Program-made: the position numbers and the translations under genes | Part shown: piece by piece, positions 44,357-58,000 of the stretch | Position numbering within the stretch: the stretch's first letter is position 1 | Layout of the letters: each line of letters starts with the position of its first letter | NCBI GenBank assembly: GCA_012295275.1 | Contig: CM022671.1 | Span: 25,420,001 to 25,484,000 of the forward strand | From: Chrysomallon squamiferum | Lineage: Eukaryota; Animalia; Mollusca | Length of the DNA: 64,000 nucleotides | Direction of reading: 5' to 3' | The notes under the pieces: model-generated | What the model was told of the DNA's origin: nothing | What the model saw: the letters and a program-made list of their open reading frames with translations, nothing else | Database searches by the model: none

Positions 44357-45868
44357 TTATTTTTTATATCATTTTTTTTATTGCATGGATTCAGAAAAAT
44401 GATGCTTCATCATGGCTGGATCACGCAACTGACATCGCGGATAGTGCCAGCCGATTTACTCTTCCCATGGACATGAAAGTTTTGGAAAGTTAGTAAACTT
44501 GTGCTTAGGTGAAAACATTTATAATAAACTAGACCGAATACTTAAGTCTGAAAAAGTTATTTTTCACACACAGGCACAAAAACACACACACACACACGCA
44601 CACACACATAATTAAAAATTCAAAATTCAGATAATCTATTTTCTACTGCATTTAAAAGTTTACAATGTCTTCTGCAATCATTCAAATATGATATTACGTA
44701 ATTATCCTTTGTTGTTGTTGTTTTTTTGTTATTTTTAGACAATTTCAAAAATATTCTTTGGAGTCAGTATCATAGTATTATACATTATTTAGTTTATATC
44801 ACATTTAACATGACTTTCAAGGCAAGGAAATTTTCTAGTTTGTCAAGAAAAACATAGATCTATATCAATTTGTCCAGAAAAAATGGGATTCTGTGAAAGA
44901 AACTAAAATAAATAAATAAATAAATAAATAAATAAAAAGAATTTTAAAAATTAAAATAATAAAATTAAATTACATATATAATAAATTAATTAATTAATTC
45001 AGTTCAATTCAAATAAATAAATAAATACATAAATGATAGCAACTTAGAAAGATTAGTTTACAAAGAACACAAACAGTTTTTTTTTTTTTTCTTCTAAAAA
45101 ACTGGAATCCATCTAAGTAAATAGACCATAAATCACTGAGTTGAAGAAATTTCAGTCAACAGTCAAAACCCTTTTTGTTGCTCATGAAAAAAAAGTAAAA
45201 AGGTAAAGCGTAATCAGTTAATAATATTAATAAGTTAAAAATGAAAAGAATCTTCATTTGGTTGTGTTTAATGTTTGTTTTCAGACCTGACTCCGCTGGA
45301 GTATCTGCACAACTACTGTATAGTGTCATCTTTAAAAACAAACCTGTATCAGAAAACATTCATAAAACTGAAGGACAAATCGGGGTATCTTCTTTTGAAA
45401 GTAAGTGAAACCACTGAAATTTGAGCATAGTAATTATATTTAAAAAATCAGAAAAGGTTTATTAACTGGCAATTAATTATTTTGTATTGATAATTATTAT
45501 ATTGAAAGAATTAGTTATTGATTATTATTTATTTCATTCTCTCTCTCTCTGTCTCATTCATTTTTTCTTTCTCTCTCTGTATGTGTGTGTGTATTTATCA
45601 TTGAGCAAATCACTTTTATTTTTTTCATTTTTGGATTTGTTTCTAAAATAATATAAAAATTACCATCTGTTATTTAAGAAAAGAATACTTACTGTTATAA
45701 TGTTTATTAGTAATTATATTCATTATTATGGTCATTTATATAATTATTAATACATCATTATTATGATCATTATTGTTATTACTCTTCAAAATCATTATCA
45801 TCATCATCATAATTATTATTATCATTTCATCGTCATTATTATCATCATCATTAATATATTATTATTAC

Positions 45869-45926
<58 letters not shown>

Positions 45927-46916
45927 ACTAACAGGATCTGGATAAGGCCCTGAAGGAAGTTTTGATTAATCGTATCAGTTCTGATCAGGTCCAGGCAATT
46001 GCTGACATTCTCAATATCAAAGATGAGACACACATTGATTACAAGATGTTCAGTGTCATAGCAGCATTTGCAGAGAGGATGATCTACCCACAGTTTTTGT
46101 AGGTTTTGATGGAAAACATTACTTTAACAACTGTGTTATGTTATTCTACTTTATTATGTCTGATATTATTTTATTTGTTTCTAAACACTCAAGTTTGAAA
46201 ATAAATTTTAAAATATGTCAAATGTAAGTTATAAGGAGTAAATGTATTGGGGGTTGTTTTATGGGAGTTAAAGATTTTTCAAATTGTAATATGAGCTTTT
46301 ATAAAACTCTGTATGTGTCTTTGATTATGTCTCAGTATATGTGAAAATATTTTTGTATATTGTTGTTTATATATCTTTTTTTTTAATGTGTATGTGTGTG
46401 GTTATTTTTGTTTTGTTTTGGGGGGTGGGGGTGGTGCTGAACTGCAGAGTATTCTAAAACAGTACATAAAGAGATTAACTTCAAGACAAAATGCAGAAAT
46501 GACTAAGTATTCTCAAACACAACAAGTGTTTTTTTTTTTTTTTTAAAACCCAATCGGTGTCAGAACCAAGTAAAAAAGTTAAAATGGGTATTTGGTTTAT
46601 TGAGATTTTTACTTTCAGTTACTTGATAAATCAGTCATTGGACTATTTGAAATTGTTTTGTATTTGTGGAAATTCAGGTTCACTGAGTTGTCTGGTTTTG
46701 AGAAATTCAATGAATGTCAAACAGGTCACTGAGTGAATCACTAAATTGAGTAATCAGTTTTTAAATTGTTTCTTTTCCAGTGTGAAGCATCCATCAGATA
46801 TGGAAAATACGAAAAAAAAGAAAATAGAAATTGCAGATTTCGATGGTCTGAGATCAAAACTGGAAGGAATTCGTCTTAATCCTTCAATGGAGAAAGTGAT
46901 GGATGTATTAAAATAA
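43704..46916 (+). CDS. Domain-only tandem paralog (172 aa) of the EF-hand-like C-terminus of the upstream gene
   Basis: Exons 43704-43712 (MSS, donor CG|GTAAGT), 44395-44488, 45285-45400, 45935-46098, 46781-46916; 519 nt open to TAA. Shares SSW.D, SRFTLPMDMK.LE, TP..YL...C.VS, IDYK.F..IAAFAERM.Y.QF and KIE.ADF..L..KL.GI with the upstream gene, with identical intron phases (1,0,2). The 9-nt first exon is the least certain part. Confidence 0.88.
43839..44148. mobile_element. Degenerate non-autonomous hAT/Charlie-like element (MITE) in intron 1 of the paralog
   Basis: Left end CAGGAGTCGTCAACC, right end reverse complement CAGTGGCGGTCACCC; GC-rich subterminal CCGGGCCGCG/CCCGGCCCGG motifs typical of Charlie-type hATs; flanking 8-mers TGTTAAGC and CACTAATA share only the central TAA. 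Confidence 0.5.
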
Positions 46917-49811
46917 CAGAGCCATGGCCTGGTTGTTGTCTGAAATTCATCTTGGCAGTTAAAATGAATTCTGAATGTAGCAGTCTTTATGATCTGGGTA
47001 CATTCTTTTTTGTGTTTTGTTAACATTCTTGTAGAACATTTATTTTAAAATTCAGTTGCATTCTGTTGTTACAAATATTTCATTAATTTAACTGATAACT
47101 GTTTGTGTCTGTGTGTGTAACCCAAAATGAAAATATGGTTAATATGTTGATGTTACTAATGTTATATGTTTTTATGTATACATGTATGTATGTGTTTCTG
47201 AGTGTATAAATGGATGTATGCATGTGTATATATTTTTAGATGTGCAAACAAACTGAAATATAGATATTTTTGTGGGTAAGATTTAAAACTGTTAAATTAG
47301 TTTTATTATTATTATTATTAGGAATGAGTTCACATATACATTTTTTGGTTTTGTTATTTTAAAAGAACTTATAAAAATTTTAATTTCTGGAATTATAATA
47401 ATGCAATAATAATAAAAAATTAAAATTAAATAATAAAATTAAAAAAATTAAAAATTAAAAATTTAAAAAAAATAAATTATAAAAAAAAGAAAGTGAATCA
47501 GAAAAAAAAAAATTAGTTTTTTGTTATTTTCTTAAATTCAATGAACAGTTGAGGTTTTTAATGAACAGTTATTATAATTTTTTTCTTTCATAAAATTATA
47601 AATAAATAAAAGCCCTTATCAGACATTATAGTGTTCATTTGGTTCTGGAAACAAACATCATAATTTGTTATGTAGTCTTGGATTACTGTTTCATCTGTTA
47701 CTGGCACCTGTTCTGTGCTAATAATAATGTATGGTAATAAAATAATGTGTTTATGAAGATAAACAAAGACCGACATTGTCATTTTGTCTCAGCATCACTT
47801 TTTTTGTGTGTTGCATTTCCCACTGCAGATATGCCAAGCCTACTCAGTCTTTCAGGGTTTTACTTTTGATATTTCCATCCTGTACAAAATGTCAATGTAG
47901 TTTTTAATCTCATTCACAAAAAACATCTTATTATATAGTTATTAAACATCATTATTAGTAAAGAATGGTCTTCATTATATCTCCAGATTTTTTTTTATAC
48001 AAGTGCCCCTAAAAAGATCGGATTCAAATGAAAGTTTCATTACCTTTTAAAAACCTGGATGGTACTAAAAGAAAGAAAGAAAATTTGGAAAGAATTACTT
48101 TAATATATTAAATTGTAAAATGTCACAAAGAATATTATATAAATCTTTTACCAAATAAAGCATCTTTATTATATGCTGTAGCTTAATATTTTACATAGTT
48201 TAATATAAGTGTCACATTTTTTCTTTCTGAAGTCTACTTCTTTTCTTCTGTGTATATGTATGAATAGAAACATCTAAGTAATGTGAGCATAAAATGGATA
48301 CCATCATAATTATGCTTTCTATTATCAGTTATAAAATTAAATCATGCCAAAAAAAAAAATTATTGATCATTTTTATATAATGTTAAATGCAATTTTGTAA
48401 TATTTAACTGGAAAATGTTTGTTGTTATTTGTGGGTTTGTTTAAAATATTTTCTAACTGTAATTTTAATAAAAATATTAGAAAATAAGTTGGTGATAATT
48501 TACAAAATGACACCGATAATCAGTGTTGAATTCCGAAGCCATATATTTGTTATCATCATTTTTGTAAATTTATATATCTATACATATGATATTTATGTAA
48601 ATAAAATGTTCTAAGATGAAGTCGTTTTAATAAATTATGTTGATTTTGCTAAAAGGTACATAAAGCACAATGTACAGGTAACTGTTTACTGGTTAAGGGT
48701 GTATGACATCATCAATGCCTGGATTGGTAATCAGCAGCGACAAAGGGCCAGAACTTATGCATGCCTAAGGGCCCATAACATTTATACTTTGGGCTGACAC
48801 TAATTTAAGTACAGAATTTCAGACCGTCTTTTTAATTACTTTTAGTTTTGTTTTAGGCATCATTTAATGGTCTTAAAACACACTACATTTCTGAAGTTGC
48901 TAAATTTCCCATGGTCCCATGATCTCTGCTCAGAATGGATTCACACACACAATCTTTATTACAGCAGTCACGGCTTGAATGAGAACTCTCTCAGTGAATT
49001 CACTAAGAAGAAATGATCCTATATTCTTTCACTGAGCTTCAACCCAGATAAAAGAAAGATTACATATATTTTAGTGTCACGTGAACAAATTTTATTTAAA
49101 AACAAACTAGAGATCCAGATATATATTATTTATTTTTCAATATAATATATTCAACAAACATATTCAAATAATATATAAAATTATATTAATAATATATATA
49201 TAGCACAAAATATAAAATACATATTAACAAACCTAATTTTGAAAATTATACAATTGTTGGCATGGTTATCACAGAAATGTTGGACGGAAAAAAAACTATT
49301 TTCAGGTGGACGGAATTTAAATTTTTTATAATTTAGTATTAATGAAAATATATGAAATAAAAATAAAAATAAAAAGCTTAGTTTTAATAAAAAGAAGCAA
49401 ATAGAAGAAAAGACAGTACATCATTTTTGTGATGAACATAATTTTCAACACAAAATGAATCATATCAAAAAACATTGGATTGGCAAAAAATACGGGATGT
49501 GCAAGTTGAGTACACATTTCCTTGGGATCCGACAAAATCTGAAAATGTTTTGTGAAGCATTGTTAAGAGTGTTTTTATTATCTTTTTAAAATAAAAAGTT
49601 GTTTTAATTTGTTCTTCACTGAAACATTTTGTTGTGCACAAAGATAAAATAAATTTCATATCAAATACATAAGAAATTATTCACTTCTTGGCATTACTGT
49701 TTTAATGCTGAAAGGTACAGTATCACATAATCAGAGTATAGGGATTAGATATCAGCAAAATTCTGATACACAGACTGATTGATATATTTTGCACAATATT
49801 AAGTTAGTTAC

Positions 49812-50438
49812 CAGGGGTTCTAGAATATATATATATGTATCAATGATTTTTAACATTCAGGCCACTTTGAAATCATTACTTTGCTATACCAACAGAAGAG
49901 TTACAGTTAAAATATAAAGGAAAAAAAAAATTTCATAAAAAAATAATAAATAAATAAATCGCAGTAAAAATAATAACAATAATTAATAATAAACAAAATA
50001 CACTTCTACTTTTGATCATATATTTACAAAACATGATCTCCCTGCAATTTCCTACAATCCTATGATTGACAATACTTGTTCCGGATGATCTGGATTCATC
50101 ATGAAATTATACTTGTTAGAATTTAAACCGAACTTCTGTCACAATTTATATCACAGAGTGGTCAGTTGAATAAATTGTCTGGTGAAATGGTTTAATATAA
50201 GTTGTTAACATGATCTGGTGAACTTGAATAACAAACTGTCTACAGGGTAAATACAAACAATGAATTTTTTTTTTTTTAATTTTAATGTAAATGATTTTAA
50301 AATATTATTATGCTGTTTTACACATTTTTTTTTTTTTATCTCGGTAAGTAACATTTTTGTTATGGGTGTGTGTGTGATTTAACTTACAAATTCCCTGCCT
50401 TGATGAACAGAAATATTTTTACAATTCTAGAACCCCAG
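49812..50438. mobile_element. MITE-like element with 15-bp terminal inverted repeats
   Basis: CAGGGGTTCTAGAAT at 49812 and ATTCTAGAACCCCAG ending at 50438 (14/15 inverted match); flanks GTTAC and CTTAC suggest a decayed 5-bp target duplication; AT-rich non-coding interior. Confidence 0.7.
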
Positions 50439-50588
50439 CTTACAGGACACTAAAAGTATATTATAAGGTGAGATACAAGAGTAGGAACGTTGATATCAGT
50501 AATATCAAAATGAGTGATGAGTCAAGGTAAGTTCGCATACTAATGACAAATGAAGCTATAATGTCATTTACAAGATGATAGGTGTGTG

Positions 50589-51947
50589 CTATCGTAGGCT
50601 GCTCAGTCCTCTAACAGGAGAAGCTGACTGCTGTCTGTACTGGTGATTAAGTTGACTGTAGGCTTGTTCCAGTTTCATCAACTCCTAAAACAAGAACACG
50701 TTAAGTAAAATTTAATATTTGTAATTAAAAACAAGAACACATTAAGTAAAATTTACTATTTGTAATTAAAAACAGGAATGCATTAAAATTTAATACCTGT
50801 AATTAAAAAAAAAAAAAAAAAAAAAGTTTTGACTTTTATCAAACTTCAAATCAGAATCTACAAGAATGTACACAGCATTTTTTAGAAAAATGAAGGAATC
50901 TGCATTTCAAGTCGGTATTTTAAAATATTTAATAAAGATAACTCACAGTCAGTCAATTAAAGTTTGTCTCCCCTTAATTTAATATAAAATTACTTCTATG
51001 ATTATATCTAATAGCTTATTTCTTCAAGATACATACATATATATATGTATGTATGTATGTAAACACACATATGTAATTCATAGAAAACATATTAATAGAA
51101 ATACTTTGTGTTTTTATCACTAGTGATATACAACAAAAACCATAAATATGAATGAGTATTAATAAAATGCAAAATAAGCTGAAATGAATAAATATTTATT
51201 TAACAACATATTAACAGAGAGTGCACTAAGGAATTATATAAATGATCTGTGGATTTAACAAACTTCAGACCTCAATTTAATGCAACTGCAATTATAAAAT
51301 ATTCTTAAATAGTTTTTAAATATTTATTAAGTAGTTGCAAACTGTATAATTTTACTTTTTTCCTTTTTTTTTAAAAAGCATCTTCTTAATCTATATCTTT
51401 TTAAATTAAAACCATACATTTCATTAGGGACCAGATGAGATAATAAATAAATATTAGTGATGTGAGATTTTGAACAGACATACCTGTGTTTGATTTGACA
51501 GAGTGGTTTCAAGTCTGTTCATTTCATTCATCTTGTGTGCCAACATGAAAGGCTTGTCCACAATCTTACTTACTTCATCTTTCTCCGCCTGAAACAGATA
51601 CAGTATTTAATAAGAAAAGACACTCAGTTCAAAAACAAGTAAGGAATGGTAAATTTTATTTTTTTAAATTATTAAAGCAATTTTTAAAAATAGTCCTATG
51701 ACTAAGAAAGGAATAAAGGATCTTTGAATTAATAACAATTACTTCAGATTATCACAGATTTAAGCATTTCTCTCTCTGTTTCTCATCCTGCCCCAAACAT
51801 ATACCAACACACACACACACACACACACAAACACTGACTTCAATGACAGAAAAAGAAAATGAGGTCTGGTGAGAAAGAGACAGTAAGACTGACAGATTTA
51901 CAGATAGATAGGTAGATGGAGGGATGGATTGAGACTGAAACAGAAAG

Positions 51948-52025
<78 letters not shown>

Positions 52026-55000
52026 CAAAGAACAAATGGACAAAGTTAAATTTAAACATTTCTACTTACAGGTCTGTAATAAAAAGATTTACTGAGGTCA
52101 GGAACTGAATAGTTCAGAAACTTTGACTTCTGTAAAGAGTTATCTCCCTGCAAATACTGGACTTTGCTGTGTACAAGATTAACATTTCTGGCAGTGCTTG
52201 GATTGTGACAAACAGTTCCTGGAAGAGTCTTTCCTTGGCTCTGCAACATTTTAATATTTTCTTGATAAATAATTTAATTAAATTTCACTCTTCAATGATT
52301 TGTCCAGACTATCTGGGGTTTTTTAGCATTTTTTTTTAAAAAGGTATAGGAGCTGTCTAAAAGCATTTCTCTAGGGTTGTTACAGTACAGACATATTTTA
52401 TTATTATTAAAGATTGGTATCTTGAAAACAAATAAAGTAATCATCTGGAAATGTATTTAAACTAATTTTCAATATTATCAAAGATATATTTTTTTCAAGA
52501 CTTAGGAACTGTTTTATTTAGTTATTTATTTTATTTTATTATTATTTTAATTACTTTTTTTGTATTTAATTACAATTTTTTATATATATATAATTTTATT
52601 TATTTATTTATTTGTTTGTTTATTTTATTTTTTCTATTCTATTCTATTCCATTATTATTTTTTAATACCTTTTTAGAAATTATATTATTATTTTTTCTTA
52701 CAATTTTGTTATATATATCTTAACAGATGTGTTTAAATTACAAATATTTATTTTTATATCAGTGAATTACCTGAGCCAGTTTTCTCACATCTCTCTCCAA
52801 TCTTTCTATTTCATATTGTTGTCTGTCGTTTATTTGTTGTATATCACGATGAGCCATATTATTTTCCATGTGTTGTCTGAAAATTTGAAAATTTTAAATT
52901 AAAACCAATAAAATAAGACTCCTAAAAGTTTTTCATTTTCTTTTCTTTTTTCTTTTTTTTTTTTTACCTAAAGTTTTGATATTAAAATTTTGATATAATA
53001 TTAATGTAAATTTTTATTTAATAAATTTGTAATAAATACATTAAAAAGCATTTTTTTTTTTTTTTTTTATTATTATGTTTGTTTTTTTAAAGTTTTTAAA
53101 ATTAAATACTAAATTTAATGAATGAATTTTGAAAATATTTAATATTAAAAAATAATATATCTAAACTTTAAAAAGATAATCACAATAATAGTTATAATAA
53201 TGATGATAATAAAATTAAATAAAAAATATTTTTAAAATTGTACTGATAAAATAAAATGAAAGTGAATTTAATTAATTAATTTATTATTATTTAATAACAA
53301 TAATATACAAAAAACATCAGTGATCAAACAATAAAGTGTAAAAATATTTTTAAAAATATTAGTTTTCCACAACTAACAAGTTTTTAACTACAAAATACTA
53401 ACACTACATTTGTTAGTCTACATTCTGGAAGAACGTGATAAAAAATCACACCACAAACACAATGCAGTAAGTACAAAGCAGAAAAAGAACTCCAAAAATT
53501 TATGATTATGAAAGGATGATGATTGTGCACTTAACAATTAATCTGGACACTAATTCTAATCTGAGACATGTACCTGACATGTTCACCTATATTTTAATGG
53601 TAAAATATTTAGTTTTATTTTGAAAAATTAAAATGAAAGTGATTCTTTTTTTTTTTTTTTTTTTCTTTCTGTAACCCTGTCTATTTAGATATAGCTTTGC
53701 TTCTTTGTTGTTATTTTTATTTAGATTTAACTTTTTAAAAATATATCAGTCTGTAGAGATTACCTGCTGCGTTAGTATCCCAGCATTAAATAGCCATGAA
53801 TAACAAGTGTAATGTCCTCTCTCTTGTTTTCATTACATTCAAAACTTTGATATTTAATTGTTATATGACAAGAACTAGAAGTTATTTCTTATATTCATAT
53901 GAACAAGATTAAAATGTCACAGATTTTATAGTGTATCTAATCTTTATTTGCCAATTTTATATTGAAGCCTATTTCATTTTTTCTGTTTAAAAATCAATTC
54001 TTATTTTACTTTTTCAAAATAATATCAACACTTCTTTTTTCCCTTTTATAATTTTATATCAAATCCAATTCCATTCTTTTAAATCTTCATATCAAGTCAT
54101 ATTTTACTTTTTTTCAGTTTTATATCAAATTCTATTTCACTTTTATGGGGTTCTTTTTTTATTTTTATATTTTTTTCATTTGTTTTTTTTTAACAAAATT
54201 TCTTTTTTATTTTATTTTATTACTTTTTCAACTCTCTGTTGAGTTCAATCTCAAACTGTCTGGAAAACATCTGCGCTGTCCGCTCCTTCCACTGACTGAT
54301 GTCTTCCTGCAGCGCCTTCAGCTCGTCGTCCTTGGCCTGCAGACGTTCGGCCATGTTGTTATCAGAGGTGTACATCTGCTGCAGCCTGTTCACGTCCTCT
54401 ATGTGCTCCTAATGTGAGAATTAATAGAGCAGTGAAGCCTGACTAAGTGCTGAATGAATGGAGTTTGGTATTAGTAGTGTTAGAAGCATTTTGAACAGAA
54501 ATTGTTTTAATGTTAAAAAAAAAAAAAAAAATTTTTTTTTTTTTTTTTTTTAACTGCAGTTCTACAGAGTAGATAAAGGACTAAAAATTAAATAAATTGT
54601 AAACTGGTTTGTGATTGGTTAAAATTAAGATGATGTTTTTTTGTTTTTTGTAATTTTTTAAAATTTCTTTATTGATGTATGTATTTATTTCTATTTTTAT
54701 TTATTTATTTATTTATTATTACTATTATTTTTTTAATATTATTTTTTTATTGATTTTAAATTTTTTCTTAGTATTTAAAAAGTGTCTGTGTCTGTGTATG
54801 TGTGTATATGAATGCATGTTTGTATGTTTGCATTCAGTCTTGAGATTAAACCAGACATATTTATTTACACTCAGTGATTAATTTAACTTTAGTTACTAAA
54901 CACACTACAAAGCAAATCTAAACAAAATGTGGAAACTCTCAACTTCTGAAAAACAACAGATTTTGTTAGTTATGTTAGAAAATTGTTAAAAAATTGTCAA

Positions 55001-58000
55001 TATCAGCTAATAAAAACACCAGTTTGAAATAATGAAACCATTTTAAAATATTAAATATTTTCTTATAATCACATCTTAAAAAAGCTATTCAGTAATAAAA
55101 TTTGATTTTATTAGTTTTATTGACAATTTTTTTCTGTTTAGTTTTCATTTTAAAATTTCACATAAATCCTGTTCAGCTTATAACAAACATTCAAGATTTA
55201 AACTTACAGCAAAATGCTTTAATTTGGAACATACTGATTTTAAACCAATCAAATTTCTCATTTTATTCTTTGCTGCCAAGTTTAACCTTGAACTTGTTAT
55301 AAGTGTGGGCTGTGATTGTCTATTAAGCTAACTAAATATTCAGTCAGTGAAGATTTCTTACAGACTGTCACCATTTTGTACAGCTCTTTGCTTCATTGCC
55401 ATTCGACGGATATCAATGACTTCCTGTCCAATCTAAATTACAAATATTCTGTCTGATTTACAAATCAATTACAAAATCAATTTATCTAAATTAAATATTC
55501 TGTTGGAGTTACAAATCTAAATTACAGATATGGTAAATTTATACTACCTGGTGTGTGTATAAAATCAGACTTCTGTATGTGTTTTAGACATTTTGTTTTG
55601 TAATGGCAATATAAACATAATGGATTTGAAAACATTTGAAGACACACACACATATACCAGGCTGACATGCAGAAAGGTACATGGGGTGGTGGTTAATGAA
55701 CAGATCCCAAATGGCCAGGGTTGCCATAATTATGGGGAGGTTCATGGATTATTTTTATTTTGTTCACAGATGCACATCTCCCTCCTCATGCACAAACACA
55801 CATATTTATATACACAAAAAATATATATACAAAAACATATTAATCATTATCATCAAGTGAAATTAGAAAATAATAATAACTTAAAATAAACTTTTCTTTT
55901 AGTTTTTCAGAACTAAATTTAAGAAATAAATAAAATAAAATATAATTATTTTCTTTTTCTACATTCCAGAGTATCACAAGTTTTGAAAATAAATACAAAA
56001 TTCACATTTACTGTGCATGTACAGAAAAATATTTAAAAAATAGAAAGAAGTTTATGATGACAACACCCCAACTAACTGAACAGTTAAAAAAAAAACTTAA
56101 TTTAGAATTCAGTCTTCATAAATCATTTCACAATTTAAAAAGTACCTTTGATAATATAAAGAAATAATCTAAATATATTCTGCATACTTCCAGCTTTTCT
56201 TAATTTGTATTTTTAACAAAACATTTTTTTATGACAATCAATTAAAAAAATAAAATACTGTAATTCTTAAAAAATCATGGCACCTCCATTTGTCTATAAT
56301 GTTGATGTCTTTTTTCAGACAAATTTGCTCAAAAATGTTTATAAGTGTTATCAAAAAATATAAAAAGCTGTACACCTATTAGTCTTCCACAAGCACATGG
56401 TGCCATGTCTTCGGATGTTTTTTAAACAATATTATTTAACTGCCATACTTTGCTATGGGTGATGGTAAAAGTAATAACCATGAAGTGCAAACAGCTTTAT
56501 AATACCACTAATTTTCACCACCACAGACAGACTTTAACATAGGAGTTCTCACAGTACAAATTAAACTGTAGTGACATGATTGTACAGACTTGCTGTATAG
56601 CTGAGAATGCAATGTTGAAGAATTAAAGTGTTTCACAAACCAGTGATTATAACTGAAAAACAAAACTCACTCTGAGAAGTCGATCTTTAAGTGCATCCAG
56701 TTCATTGTTTTTCTCTCTTTCCATTTCCAGCCTCATTGCCTCCATTTGAGCTTTCTGTAACAACAAGTTATTCATTGAGATTTTTTCTCTGATAATTCAA
56801 CTAAAATATGTGTTTTTAAAAGGTTTTTTCTTCTAATAATGATGATTAGCTTTGATATATGTTCAACAATTCCTTGCATCATGTCTGAATAAAACTATTT
56901 TGAAGCACAGTCAACTGTATCAGAACTGGAAAAAATTCTTATATCTTCAGAAAAATATTTATAAGGAAAAAAAAAATCATTATCTGGTTATGAATATGTT
57001 ATATAACACTTGAAACAGTAATAAAAATATTTACATTACACAACACACACAAACAGCAAATAAAATACATACATACATACATACAAGGAATCAGATTTTA
57101 AAAGTTCATTTTTTAATTTATCTTTTAATTTTGTGACTAACATACAGAATACACTAACTGGGCTAACAATCCCTGTTTCATAGGAAACAATTGTAACTGT
57201 TTAAATGGTTTTTACCTGATCTTTCTGTGCTGACAGAAGGAGAGTTTTCTGCGACTCTAGTTCTTGTTTCAGCTCAAATATGTGATTTCTTAACTCCTCA
57301 TTACATGCCCTCAGATTTGCCTGGATTTGAAGAACAAAAAAAACTATTATAATCGTATTAAACAAACCCACATACATGGATGTAATATTATCTCTTTGAG
57401 TGAAAATGAAAACTTGATGATAGTGGTAATTATATAAAATTACGTTCAAGCATTTAATGCTAATAGTGATTGCAATAATTACAGTAAAGAAGAAAGCAGA
57501 ATTTATAAAATTAATATTCTAAAATCTAACTCCATCCATTTCTGTTTAACAAATTGTTTTTTTTTTTTGTTTTTTTTTAGCGAAGCGTTCATAAAATTAT
57601 TTTTCTAAAATTTAACTCCATCCAATCATGTTTTTCAAACTTTACTTCTTTTTTTTTTTTTTTTAAATCAGATTCCCAACATTCGCTAACATTCCCTCCT
57701 GTTAGGTATATTCTGATATATTACAAAATGCATTCATTATGCTTAAATGTTATATGAACAAAAGCCGTTTCATCCTGTGATATGAAGCATGTTAAACTTT
57801 TACAGCAATTTAATTAAGACTGGTGAAGTGTGATGGAGGGGATAAAACAAAATGTTTTTCATGTTCAAACTGACCAGTGCAGTGGTTATTGGTGTCCGGT
57901 ATTTGCTGGCAGGGTGACCGCTGTCCGAACTGCCCGAGAATGAGGAATCATGGGAGCTGAAATATTAACAAACTACAATAAAACTTTCACCTTATTAAAT

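Noticed and set aside
53764-53766. Possible 3-nt micro-exon on the - strand (TACTAACGCAG|CAG|GTAATC)
   Set aside because: No polypyrimidine tract, branch motif too close to the AG, and flanking exons join in frame without it.
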